Positions 47,001 to 56,106 of a stretch of DNA of 64,000 bases are shown here, piece after piece (position 1 is the first letter of the stretch; every line of letters starts with the position of its first letter). The position numbers and the translations under genes were made by a program. Location: contig NW_013657668.1 of NCBI RefSeq assembly GCF_000142905.1, forward strand, positions 296,492 to 360,491, in the 5' to 3' direction. A model generated the notes under the pieces. It did not search any database. It saw only the letters and a program-made list of their open reading frames with translations, and had not been told where the DNA came from. This stretch comes from Thecamonas trahens ATCC 50062 (Eukaryota; Protista; Apusomonadida).

Positions 47001-48145
47001 TGGCCCGGCGCGGTGCCGAGCTCGGACCGGATCCGGTCGAGCTCCGAGAACTTGGAGTTGGAGGTAAAGCCAAGGGTATGGACCTGGGTCTCGACCTCAA
47101 GCGAGTGCAGATATGTCCGCAGTGCCTCGTATACCGGCCGGGGCTGGCGACACGACTGGTGCGCGCCGTCGGTGAAGAGCATCATGGCGATGCGGTGCGG
47201 CGGTGACGCGGACGCCATCCGGCCGTGCACAACAGCGTAGACGTGCTCAAACATAGCAGCAAAGCACGTGCCACCGTTGGCCCGCTTGCGGGCAATCTTG
47301 TACTCGTAGTTAGAGGCGTCGCAAAAGAGCGTGCCGGCGTGCCGGTTGTAGAGCACAACCTCGACGGCGACATTAGGGTCGGCGAATGAAGCCGCGAGGA
47401 CCGAGTTGAGCATGGCCTGGACTTGTGCCCACGCCGGACGCATCGAGCCCGACTGGTCCACCACCAGCAGAAGAAGTGTGGAGCTGCATCCGGCGGTCAT
47501 CACACCTGATGCCTGGCCCTCGACCGGAACGCCCGAGATGCGCACGTCGAGCAAGCCGCCGGCCAAGGGCGCCGAGCCATCGTCGGTCGGTGGCGGCGGA
47601 GGAAGCACATGGGCCGTCAGCTGGATGCCGTGCGACGACGCAGCAGCCTCACGCTCCTCCAGCGGTGTGACAAGCACAATCACGTTGACTTTGGTCGGCA
47701 AAGCATCTGTTGCAGTCGCCGACGTGTCGCTGGCCACAGCTGCGGCTGCGGCCGCCTCGGCCGCCGCCACATGCAGTTCATCGAGGCTGGCAACGACCCG
47801 GCCAGTCAGCAGCAAGAGGCCGGCGACCGCATCGTGGGTGCCGTCAACCACCTGTGAAATCTCTGTGCAGAGCTCAGCCACATCAGCGTAGTCTCCAGTG
47901 ATGCAATCAAAGTGGTGAGCAGTGAGACCAGCCACACCATCGGCCGGGCGGAACGAGTCGAGGCGGACAACGCCTGCAGGTAGCGGATAGAGCGCCAGGG
48001 ATAGAGTCACAGCACGTTTCATCCTGTACTCTAACAAGGTGCAGCCGTGAATCTGCGGAATGTAACTATGCGTGTCAAGAGTGCTGTACACTTTGGGCAT
48101 CCGCAGAACAGGTTTGCTCCTTCCTTTTTGTCTCGGCGGCCACAT
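44045..48145 (-). CDS. Large vWA-domain protein of unknown function
   Basis: Intact MIDAS: VVDQSGSM, GGTCF, LFTDG. Followed by ~900 aa of uncharacterised sequence; the start is uncertain. Confidence 0.85.
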   Translation of the reverse strand: MWPPRQKGRSKPVLRMPKVYSTLDTHSYIPQIHGCTLLEYRMKRAVTLSLALYPLPAGVVRLDSFRPADGVAGLTAHHFDCITGDYADVAELCTEISQVVDGTHDAVAGLLLLTGRVVASLDELHVAAAEAAAAAAVASDTSATATDALPTKVNVIVLVTPLEEREAAASSHGIQLTAHVLPPPPPTDDGSAPLAGGLLDVRISGVPVEGQASGVMTAGCSSTLLLLVVDQSGSMRPAWAQVQAMLNSVLAASFADPNVAVEVVLYNRHAGTLFCDASNYEYKIARKRANGGTCFAAMFEHVYAVVHGRMASASPPHRIAMMLFTDGAHQSCRQPRPVYEALRTYLHSLEVETQVHTLGFTSNSKFSELDRIRSELGTAPGQYMYAEPLDGPAVLKSKIEAFYGHVASSASRVMLTLQVGLVPTALPGTERCEVTLAAGVPSVHAVEVDISGSARLMLPIEATRPRAWLVPTPLRVSATVASASIDAEVAIEIPIAADAGAYGVLVASLQRSQAKLETLTQATAALTTSGDVAGTDREAAQLLRRVEKLSREFAAVHTNSLFRIARELRPSVLALRNTVADTLAGLERTLAEIQAQRMAVGRARLAELAHVTTFAQRGRQRRMTRRIKLNTAMMVRDAAALARLSQADAAELAASAPPDSLDLFACTLTLQDWTEVAEDKDVLGFGLTVTRPEFVVDDPTQIRIDEVTSTFVTLSAMEDALEYGVKIHGAEAVLGGFLPRQRGSNSATSAASAAGASASATGMLAGRGREPINAWLPLYLTPEHGEAALIKLKQALGFFVTLDPLGYHPAQVHVIFLVLGTMVARLASPAGERELRLVLAVQRTARAVALDTAGLYDEIRTAVAGFINSELDRSVCQVKNLFALIGYVLVLSDEDYAEIFPTPAVWNRFWLSLLRAVVRRGAYTLFANAPSRAIERLVDGLVDPLATYRESDDTFDVEAAWKMLASRSEDELVARARLPQLSAPYAESNRPALTVQYLDNRLSTKDELVLGAEVIDELVLDQLGFDGTSYEPGVVSIDMLALIAKFSGALDGVASGGYPTGAGLLQTIRYVTAWRALVDDGAALEEMDTRGGLAPEAWTEVLKEASRGDGSTGCTLAKFVGCLLDPVDSAEPSAPTGCSAGVQVLRAAVAQGTMFRVTRKARAGLANGTYASELVSDADRSLVSLASTMYVMKRGAIEAALGKLFDDVVRQRGVASTTTLKSFTTSLEVLLGSRTLWRTSRFTNMLPELMDRLCYEGGSMGLVEAKIAVLEKVIVLISGKLLSVEEGARDFTILPVLDNGVSWNIGRKNNNKLRRAFGVRLLRRAMRKVFLLDFAFGVTDGDIRLFDGTWDQLEPRLPWELRSHKE

Positions 48146-48536
48146 CGAAGCCGAGGAAGCACCAGGGAAGGAGCCCACCCTGACAAGAATGTTCCAACCA
48201 TGCAGCGGAAGGGGAGAGATGAGGGGGAGGGGGGGGGATGTACACTGCGTATCACTCCATTATCTTCGGTTCCGATCCGGCTGTGTACAGTGCATGCTGT
48301 GCGTGTGGTCCACCAAGCACGCGGCTGCCATGCCGTGGCTGGCGGTGGCTGGCGGTGATTGGCGGCGGCTGACGGCGGAGGGTTGGCCGACGGCCATCAA
48401 TGAGTCGCAGCCAGACACCCACCCTCTCGCGCCCCCACCTCCCCCCCCACCCCCTTCACGCTCAACGCTCAACCACTCAGCCACTCCTCTCCAACGTGTT
48501 CTCCTACCTCTCACCAGCGGCGTCTGTGGGTTTAGC

Positions 48537-49748
48537 ATGGTGGATGTGGATACGGATAGCCGGCTGGAGGATGACCGAGAGCGTGCTGGTCAGCCGCTGC
48601 TGGCGGGGAGCATAGGCACGAGCAGCGGATCCGGTGGAGCCGGTGGAGGTGGCGGCGATGCGGAGCATGTGTTGATGCGCTGGTTGCCTGATGCGTGTGG
48701 ATGGTCGCCGGCGGGATGGGATCGACCGCTGTCGTTTGTGGTGGCGCTAGTGCTGGGCCAGGCGCTGGCTCTGCTGGTGACGGCCACGGGCGCCACCTCG
48801 CAGTCGCTGACGACCTTCTACGGCGTGTCGGTGCCGACGACCCAGTCGCTGCTGGTGTATTTGCTGCTCATCAGCTACGCAATCCCGCTGGCCCGCAGTG
48901 GCGGCCTCATGCCGGTCCTGTCATCGCCCAAGCGCCTTGGCGGCTATCTGCTTGTCGCCATCGCCGACGTTGAGGCCAACTTTCTGGTGGTCAAGGCGTA
49001 CAACTACACCTCGCTGACCTCGGTCATGCTCCTGGACTGCTTTACCATTCCGGTGGTGATGGCTCTGGCAGCCATGTTTCTGGGCACCCGGTTTGGGCGG
49101 TTGCACGTGTCGGGCGTGGCGGCGTGCCTAGCAGGCATCGTTGCCCTTGTCCTTGCCGACTACTCGTCCAAGTCTGCCCGCGAGGCTGACTCGGCAGCCG
49201 ACATGCTGTACGGCGATCTGCTGGTGCTTGGCGGCGCAACGCTGTATGCCGTCTCCAACGTGGCGCAGGAGTTTGTCGTCAAGTCGGGCGACGACGCGCG
49301 CATCGAGTTTCTGGGCATGCTTGGCCTGCTTGGCGCCCCTGTCTCGGGCCTGCAGGTTGCGCTCCTCGAGTCGAGCGAGCTAATGCGGCTAGAGTGGCGG
49401 TACGAGGTTGTCCTGCTCATTGGCGGCTTCTCGATGGCGCTCTTCACCTTTTACTCGCTGGCACCGGTCCTCGTCCGGGCGACGTCGGCAACGTTCCTCA
49501 ACCTCTCGCTCCTCACGGCTGACGTGTATGGGCTCGTGGTCGCCATCTTCCTCTTTGCCTTTTCGCCGTCGGTCATGTTTGTGTTTTCGTTCTTTGCCAT
49601 CATCTTTGGCATCGTCGTCTACAACTATCACCCGCCCAAGGACGCTTTGCAGCTTCCAAGCCCTGTGACACCGGCAGCCACTCCTGCTGCGAGTCCTGCG
49701 GCGTCGCCACGCGGTTCGGTTGTTCTTAGCGCGTCTCTACCAGTTTAG
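48537..49748 (+). CDS. SLC35F1/F2-family transporter
   Basis: About 10 TMs; DVEANFLVVKAYNYTSLTSVMLLDC, GDLLVLGGATLYAVSNV, SATFLNLSLLTADVY. Confidence 0.92.
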   Translation: MVDVDTDSRLEDDRERAGQPLLAGSIGTSSGSGGAGGGGGDAEHVLMRWLPDACGWSPAGWDRPLSFVVALVLGQALALLVTATGATSQSLTTFYGVSVPTTQSLLVYLLLISYAIPLARSGGLMPVLSSPKRLGGYLLVAIADVEANFLVVKAYNYTSLTSVMLLDCFTIPVVMALAAMFLGTRFGRLHVSGVAACLAGIVALVLADYSSKSAREADSAADMLYGDLLVLGGATLYAVSNVAQEFVVKSGDDARIEFLGMLGLLGAPVSGLQVALLESSELMRLEWRYEVVLLIGGFSMALFTFYSLAPVLVRATSATFLNLSLLTADVYGLVVAIFLFAFSPSVMFVFSFFAIIFGIVVYNYHPPKDALQLPSPVTPAATPAASPAASPRGSVVLSASLPV

Positions 49749-49773
49749 AAGTGCAAGTGGTGCGCGTCCGAAC

Positions 49774-52700
49774 TCAATGATCGGTTGAGTACGAGCTCTC
49801 AAACTGGCTGTTGCCGCCAGAGCTGGTGTCGTCGGTGCCGCTGCTATCAGGACCGGTGTCGCTCTCGTTGTCGGCCTGCCAGGCACACGGCGCGGGCGTT
49901 GGACTGGCCGGTACGTCTGCGAAGAGCCGGGCCGCAGTGTCAGGCGTGGCACCGCCGCTCTGCCGCGGGCGGAACGGCGAGTCGGGCGCATCGCCTGGTA
50001 GGTCTGCGTCGTTGGGCTCAAGCGCATTGGGCCGGCGGAGCCGCAGCGGCGAGTCTTCGCGATGAAGGCCTGCATACAGCCGCGGGCCGTCGACAATCTC
50101 GCCCGGCGAGACAGCCAGCTCTTCGGGCGAGCGCACGCGGCGTGATGCCGACTGCGGGGTAACCATTAGCTCGCCAAATGAGACTTCGGCCGGAAGCGGC
50201 CATCCAATTGCAGCATAGTCACTCGGTGACGGCAAGTGAATCGGCGCCGCCTCGCCTTCCGAGAGGAGCGAGTGCGCGTCGAGCCAGACCTCGCCAAACG
50301 ACGCCGCAATCGACGACGACGAGAGCATCGAGCCCGACGGTGTGAGTGGATCGCCGGGCTGGAACGGGGACCGGACCGACAATGAATGCGATGACTGCGA
50401 TGGTGGCGATGGAAGCGACGGGCAGCTCTCGACAACTCCGCTGGCCGGAGACCCTGAGGCCACGATATGGAGCTCCGCGTCGAGATCCGGGAGGGCCACA
50501 GTCTGGGCGGCAGCCTCGTGCTTGGCGGCTGCCTGGGCCCCGGGCCAGCCCGACGGGAGCTGACCCGGGTCCAAAACCATAACATACGGCGGATGGCTGG
50601 CGGCTTGCGACTCGCGGGTGGTCTCCACCTCACGAACACTCTCGCGGACTTCCGATCGGACATGCTCCCGCAGCTCGTCGCGCAGGCTCGCGGTCCGCTG
50701 TGCCTCTTCCTGCGCCTGGCGGAGGGCGGCGGCCTCGGCCTTGACCTCATCCATCATCCGTGCAAGCGACGCCTGGGCGGCAGCCACCTCTTCCGAGATG
50801 ATAGCCCGGATGGCTGCAGCATCAACCGCTGCCGGCGTGGCGCTTTGCGCTTGTGCCTGTGCTGCATTGGCGGCCGTTGTCGTTGCTGCGGCAGCCATTT
50901 GCAGCGACGCAGCCTCCATCGATGCCCGCGAAGCGTCTACAGACGCGTGCAGCGACTGAATCGACGACGCGAGCGTGGCCAGAGCCGTCACCTGTGCGTT
51001 TGCCGCGACGGACTCGCCCATCGAAGGGGCGCTAGTTGTCGCGGCCGGCTCCACCACCGCAGCATCGGCTTCCGCCTGATCGAGCGGAGCTGCGACGCGA
51101 TGACGTCGTGCAGGCTAGAGCGGACAGCACTGCGAACCGACGAAAATGCGGGGTTGGCATCGCTATGCGCCACTCCCTCTGTTCCAGGCCGACTCGCGGC
51201 GCCTGCAGCGGCTCCAGCCATCCGCGATACAATGGCGGACTTGACCGCGTCAAGAATGGCCTGCGGCACGTTGGCGTCGGATGTTCCACTGGCACGGGTC
51301 GATCTTGGCAGGCCGGGGAAAAGGGTGGCAGCACGGGTTTGCAGCACGCCCTCGGGCAGGACAACAGGCCCCGGCGCCGACTCGGGTGCATCGATGACAA
51401 CCAGGTCCTCGCCGGCGCTGTGCGGCGCGAGCTCGCCTGAAAATGGCATGTCTGACGGCAGGCCAAGAGTGTCGACCGCAGCGATGTAGTGAGCCCGCGG
51501 TCGTGCGTGCGAGGCAGCAGAGCGCGGCCGTGGCGGTAGCTGCGACGGGTCTCGCTGCGAGGTAAAGGCCCGTGACGTGCGGTGCGGCATATTGATCGGC
51601 CGGCGCGATGGTGATGCGGGCGGTTCGAAGGGCGCAGGCGTGGCCGCCGGCGTGCGCGGCGGCGCTGGCGGGGCGGCGGCGGGTGTCGACACAAAGTTGA
51701 GGTGGTCAGGCTTCTTGGTTGATTGGCGGAATGGAGTGTTTGCACTCAGCCGCAGGCCACCAGGCACCCGGACGCTGCGGACTGGCGTTGGGGCTGGCAG
51801 CGAGACCACGTGTGGGCGGCGGTGTGGAGCTGACGGCGACGGCGAGCGCGAGCGAGCTCGGGGATGAGTCCGGGTGCGGGTGCGGGTGCGGCGGGCGCGC
51901 TGCCCATCCGCGGGACGCGTCTCGGCCCGACTGGTGTCGCGATCGCGGGCAGAACGGGCGCGACGGATGCGGGGAGCCTGGCGCTTGCCTCTCGCTTTGC
52001 GGCGCTGGACAGGAGCCGGCGGCGGGTCGGGAAGCGCGGCAAGCGGGTCAGGCCCAATTCCATCGCGGAGCTCTTTTTCAGCAGCGGCGATAGTGGCGGC
52101 AATTGTGGCAGAGATCTTGTAGTCGAGCGATGACTCATCGAGGGCGGCCGATGGCTCGAATAGAAGGTCAGCGACGACGGCGTCGGCGGCGGCCGTCGAG
52201 TCGAGGTTGGAGCGGACAACGTGCATAAGCGCGAGCTGGCGACGGGCACGCAGATAGTCGTACTCGCCACCCAGAGCCGAGTACACACGCTCTGCCGCTG
52301 CCTCGTGCTGCGGGTCTGCGGCTCGAGCGTCGAGCGGAACCGCAACCGGTGTGAGAAGTACGTCCAGATCGGCAGTGCGCTCCTTGTCGAGAACGTATCG
52401 CTTCGGGGACGGCGTGGCTGAGAGCGCAGGCGCAGGCGAAGGCGAGGGCGAGGGCGAAGGTGAGGGTGGCGATCGTCGGCGGCGCGCGGGGGTCTGGCTT
52501 GGTGTCGGCGGTGACATCGGGGTAGGAGCCGGCCCCGGGCTGGGTGCCGGAGCAGGAAGTGACGAAGCCCGAACCTGGGCCGCCCGCGGAGGCGAAGCAG
52601 CGGCAATAGTGAGGCCTTGCGGGACGATGACGTAGCCGCCGGACGACGCGGAGGCGACGGAAGGCGGAGCGGCAGAGGCGGCGATGGCGTCACGCTGGGC

Positions 52701-53759
52701 GCGGGCGCGAAAGGCGCGAGCTTGTGCCTCAGCCTGGGCGTCGAAGAGCTTCTGGGTTTGCTCAAAGTGCTGAGTTTGCCACGCCGTCTGTTCGGCAGCG
52801 AGCTCGCGGAGCTCGGCAAGCTGGCGGGCGGCAAGCTCGTACGAGGTGGCGGCAGCCGACTGCAGCACCTCTGCCTGGGCATCGAGCTGGCTCCGGAGGG
52901 CAGCCGCACGTTTGGTGCCAGGCGATGGCGAAGCCGGCCTTCTACGCATCCGCGATGGTGAGTGGTAGGCTGCGGGCGACTTGCGGATGGGCAACCGCTG
53001 CGAATGTGACTCGGACCGGGACTTGCGAAGCGAGAGCAGAAGCTCCTTCTCCTCGTCGGTGGCGGCAAGCGAGTCCGGATCGAGAGCGGGGGAAGAAGCT
53101 GGTGTGCCGACCTTGGGCTTCTTGACAAACACAGTGCGAGCACCTGCAGAGGCACCGGCATTGCCGCCACGGGTGACGCGAACGACCGGCTGTTGCACCT
53201 CGATTTGAGGAGCTGGCGCCTGCGTGGGAAGAGGAGCGGCCGACGGAGCGGCCGACGGAGCCGGACGGGCATACCTCTTGGGCTCTACCATCCGTGGTGG
53301 CGAGCGCGGGCGACGAGCTCGAACGCGCTTGGCTGAACCAGTCGGGCTGCGAGCGCGGGAAGCCGAGCGGCGGGCGCCTCGGCGAGCGGCGGCCGACGCC
53401 GGCCGTGTCCGCTTTGGCGAGGAAGACTGACGATCGTCGGCGATGGCGAGCTTGCGACGTGCCCGAGGCGGCGGCGGCGCAACAAGCGTGCTCTGTGGGC
53501 GTGGCTGCGGCTGCTGAAAGTCTGGCGGGAGGTTCGATTTGAAGCCGGCGGCCGAGACCAGGCGCGGACGATCAGAGCGGGCAGCGAGCCCGGAGGCTTT
53601 TGTGGCTCTGCCCATACCAGGCGAGCGCATAACCATACCGTCGATACGCGAGCGGGCCTTGGATTGGACACGCGGTGAGCCATGAGTGGTGAGGACGACC
53701 ACGCCCGGCGAGACGCGGTCGACGACGTCTGCCGACGACAGCGAGGCAGTCACCTCCAT
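49774..53759 (-). CDS. Large Pro/Ser/Ala-rich coiled-coil protein, candidate TALPID3 homologue; frame break near 51078
   Basis: Two overlapping ORFs (53759-50988 and 51057-49774) join into one reading with one added base or a small intron. Confidence 0.6.
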
Positions 53760-54026
53760 TTGGCGCCAAGTCGCTGAGGGCGGGGGGAGGGCAGGTGGGC
53801 GGGAAGCGGAGTGGGACGAAGGGGGAGAGAGGGCAGGAAACGGTGGCGAGAGCGAGGAGAGAAGAATGAAGCGGGAGTGGGAGTGTGGAGTGTGGAGTGT
53901 GAGATGGCTATGTGTGGTGTGGGTGGTGGGTGGTGGTGGGGTGGGGTGGTGGGGTGGGGTGGCAGGTGCCGCTGGCGCGATGGCACGGGGAGGGAGTGCT
54001 GGATGCTGGAGGTGATGACTTCATGT

Positions 54027-54609
54027 TTACTGGGCCACATCGTCGGCACCAGGCTCGATAGCGGTTGAATCGGCATCGACACTAGCAGGCTCGGCATCAG
54101 CAGAGTCGGTTGTGGCAGGCTCAGTTGCCGGCTCGGCAGCATCAGACGGTGCGGCCGGAGCGGCCTCAGCGGCGTCCGGGGCGTCGTCGGGACGCTGGCC
54201 GATAGAGGAGCGGCGAGCTTTGATGACCTCGGAGACCGAGGCCTGCATGCGGTCAAGCCTGTCCTGGATGTTGTGCAGAGTGCCGTTGATGTTGCCGATG
54301 CGCTTGCGCGAGTCGGTCAGTTTGCGGACGTACGGCTCGAGGACCGGCGCGTTGCTTGCGTTGGCGAGCTTCTCCAGCTCTGTTCATGCCGATCAGGAGG
54401 ATAGGAAGAGTGTGAGTGTGCGTGCGAGTGCAAAAGGATGGAGGGGAAGGGGAAGGGGGAGGGGGAGAGGGGGAAGTGCACGTACCGAGGGCAAGGGTGT
54501 CCATCTGCTGTGTCAGCGCCTGCTGCGAGGCAAAGCGTCCTGGACGCGGGCGTCGACCTCAACCACCACAGGCTTGAGCAGCTGGAACATGCCTGTGGAG
54601 GGGAAGAAG

Positions 54610-54644
<35 letters not shown>

Positions 54645-54885
54645 GTGAGTGCGTTTGCGTTGGGAGGGGGGTGGAGGGGGAGGGGGAGGGGGGGAGGCGT
54701 AGGGGGTCGGGAAGAGGCTGGTCACACATGCGCGTACCCTGGGCAAGGTGCTCCGACGGGACGCCGGCGTCCGGGAACGGGCCTGGGGCGTCTACAGCGT
54801 CTGTGGCGGGGCTTGAGCCCGGTGCGGCAACAGGGACCGTAGTGGCCGTAGTGGTGGCGGCGGCAATTGTCGGCGTCTCGGCCAT
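54027..54885 (-). CDS. SNAPIN: SNAPIN (BLOC-1/BORC subunit); one base short at 54532-54534
   Basis: Exons 54885-54738, 54592-54486 and 54379-54027 give LAQGMFQLLKPVV..SQQALTQQMDTL..LEPYVRKLTDSRKRIGNINGTLHNIQDRL. Confidence 0.85.
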
Positions 54886-55104
54886 GGCACGAGCAGAGAC
54901 GGGTGGTGAAGGGTAGCGTGCTGGCTGGCTCGGTGACACGGGCTTGGCGTCATGGGTCTGCAGGTCGCCCGTCGGCCGATGATCGGCTTGCGATCGGCCT
55001 GACATCGAGCGTGTTGGGACGGAGCATGACCATTGTCTTTAGATTGGGCTCAGTCCGCCAGTGGGATCCAGCCCCCACTTGCGGACCGCCAGAAAGGACT
55101 TGGC

Positions 55105-55778
55105 TCAGCGAATCAGTCCACCAGTCCATGTGGCGGCAACCTGATCCAGGGCGGCGGCAAAGCGCGGCGAGGCCAGGGGAGCGTCCAGAGTATGGAACGG
55201 GTTGCACACCGCGTCCATGTAGAGCGTGTGGAGGTAGCGCAGCAGTGAGCCGACGTTCGAGGCCTTGAGCTCGCCGCCGTCGGCGATGGCCGCCAGGAGC
55301 GTGATCCGCGTATTGGTCACATACCCGTAGACGCGGTAGTCCTCAGTGGCAGTGAGCAGGCCCAGGTACGAGTCTGACGAGCCCTCCGCCTCCTCCACCA
55401 TGTCCAAGCACGTGTGCATCAGCGCGTGGAAGCCCATCTCGCCAGCACCCTCGGCCTCCACCGCCGTCGCCGCCGCGTCACTCGCCTCTCTTGCTGCCCC
55501 AAACGAACGCACCAGCAGCGGATTGTTCTGCCTCCACACCCAGTTTGTCCGCACCCGCCAAAGATGATACCGATGCCGATGCCAATGCCGATGCCGATGC
55601 CGATGCCGATGTCGATGTCGTACATACATGCGATGAGTATACTGGTGCTAACCGCGCGTCTCTTCAAACCCCCTCCCCAACACACACACAGCCACACACA
55701 CAGCCACAACCATACATACCGCCTTGCCCACCACAGCCACACACGCCAGTTGGGACTCCCACCAACACTACTAGCCAT
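55105..55778 (-). CDS. TRAPPC2L: TRAPP subunit 2-like (sedlin family); exon 1 is one base short
   Basis: LACVAVVGKA|NNPLL..YLGLL..EDYRVYGYVTNT..LHTLYMDAVCNPF. Intron 55719-55528. Confidence 0.9.
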
Positions 55779-56106
55779 GGCACCCACACAAGAGTTAGGT
55801 GCCCGAGGCAAGGCAATGGCAAAGGCAAAGGCGCGTCGAAAGGAGAAGGACGTCGACGAGACGGCAACCACGGCTACGAACGAAGGCAGGAGCGAGGTCG
55901 AGCGCCCCCCTCCTCCCCCCACCCACCCACCCACAAACCCACAAACCCCACCCCTCCTTCTCCCACTGAGCATCTGGTTGTCATTCGTCATTCGGTGTCA
56001 AACGCACGCTCCGCCACGCAAGCCGCCAAACGCCGCACCTTGACACCGACAGCCATCCAGCCACCGCTCTCCTCCTCCCCTGCACCCGTCCCTCTCACCT
56101 TATACT

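Noticed and set aside
55572-55620. His-Arg / Met-Pro repeat peptide ORFs
   Set aside because: A (GATGCC)n microsatellite inside the TRAPPC2L intron.
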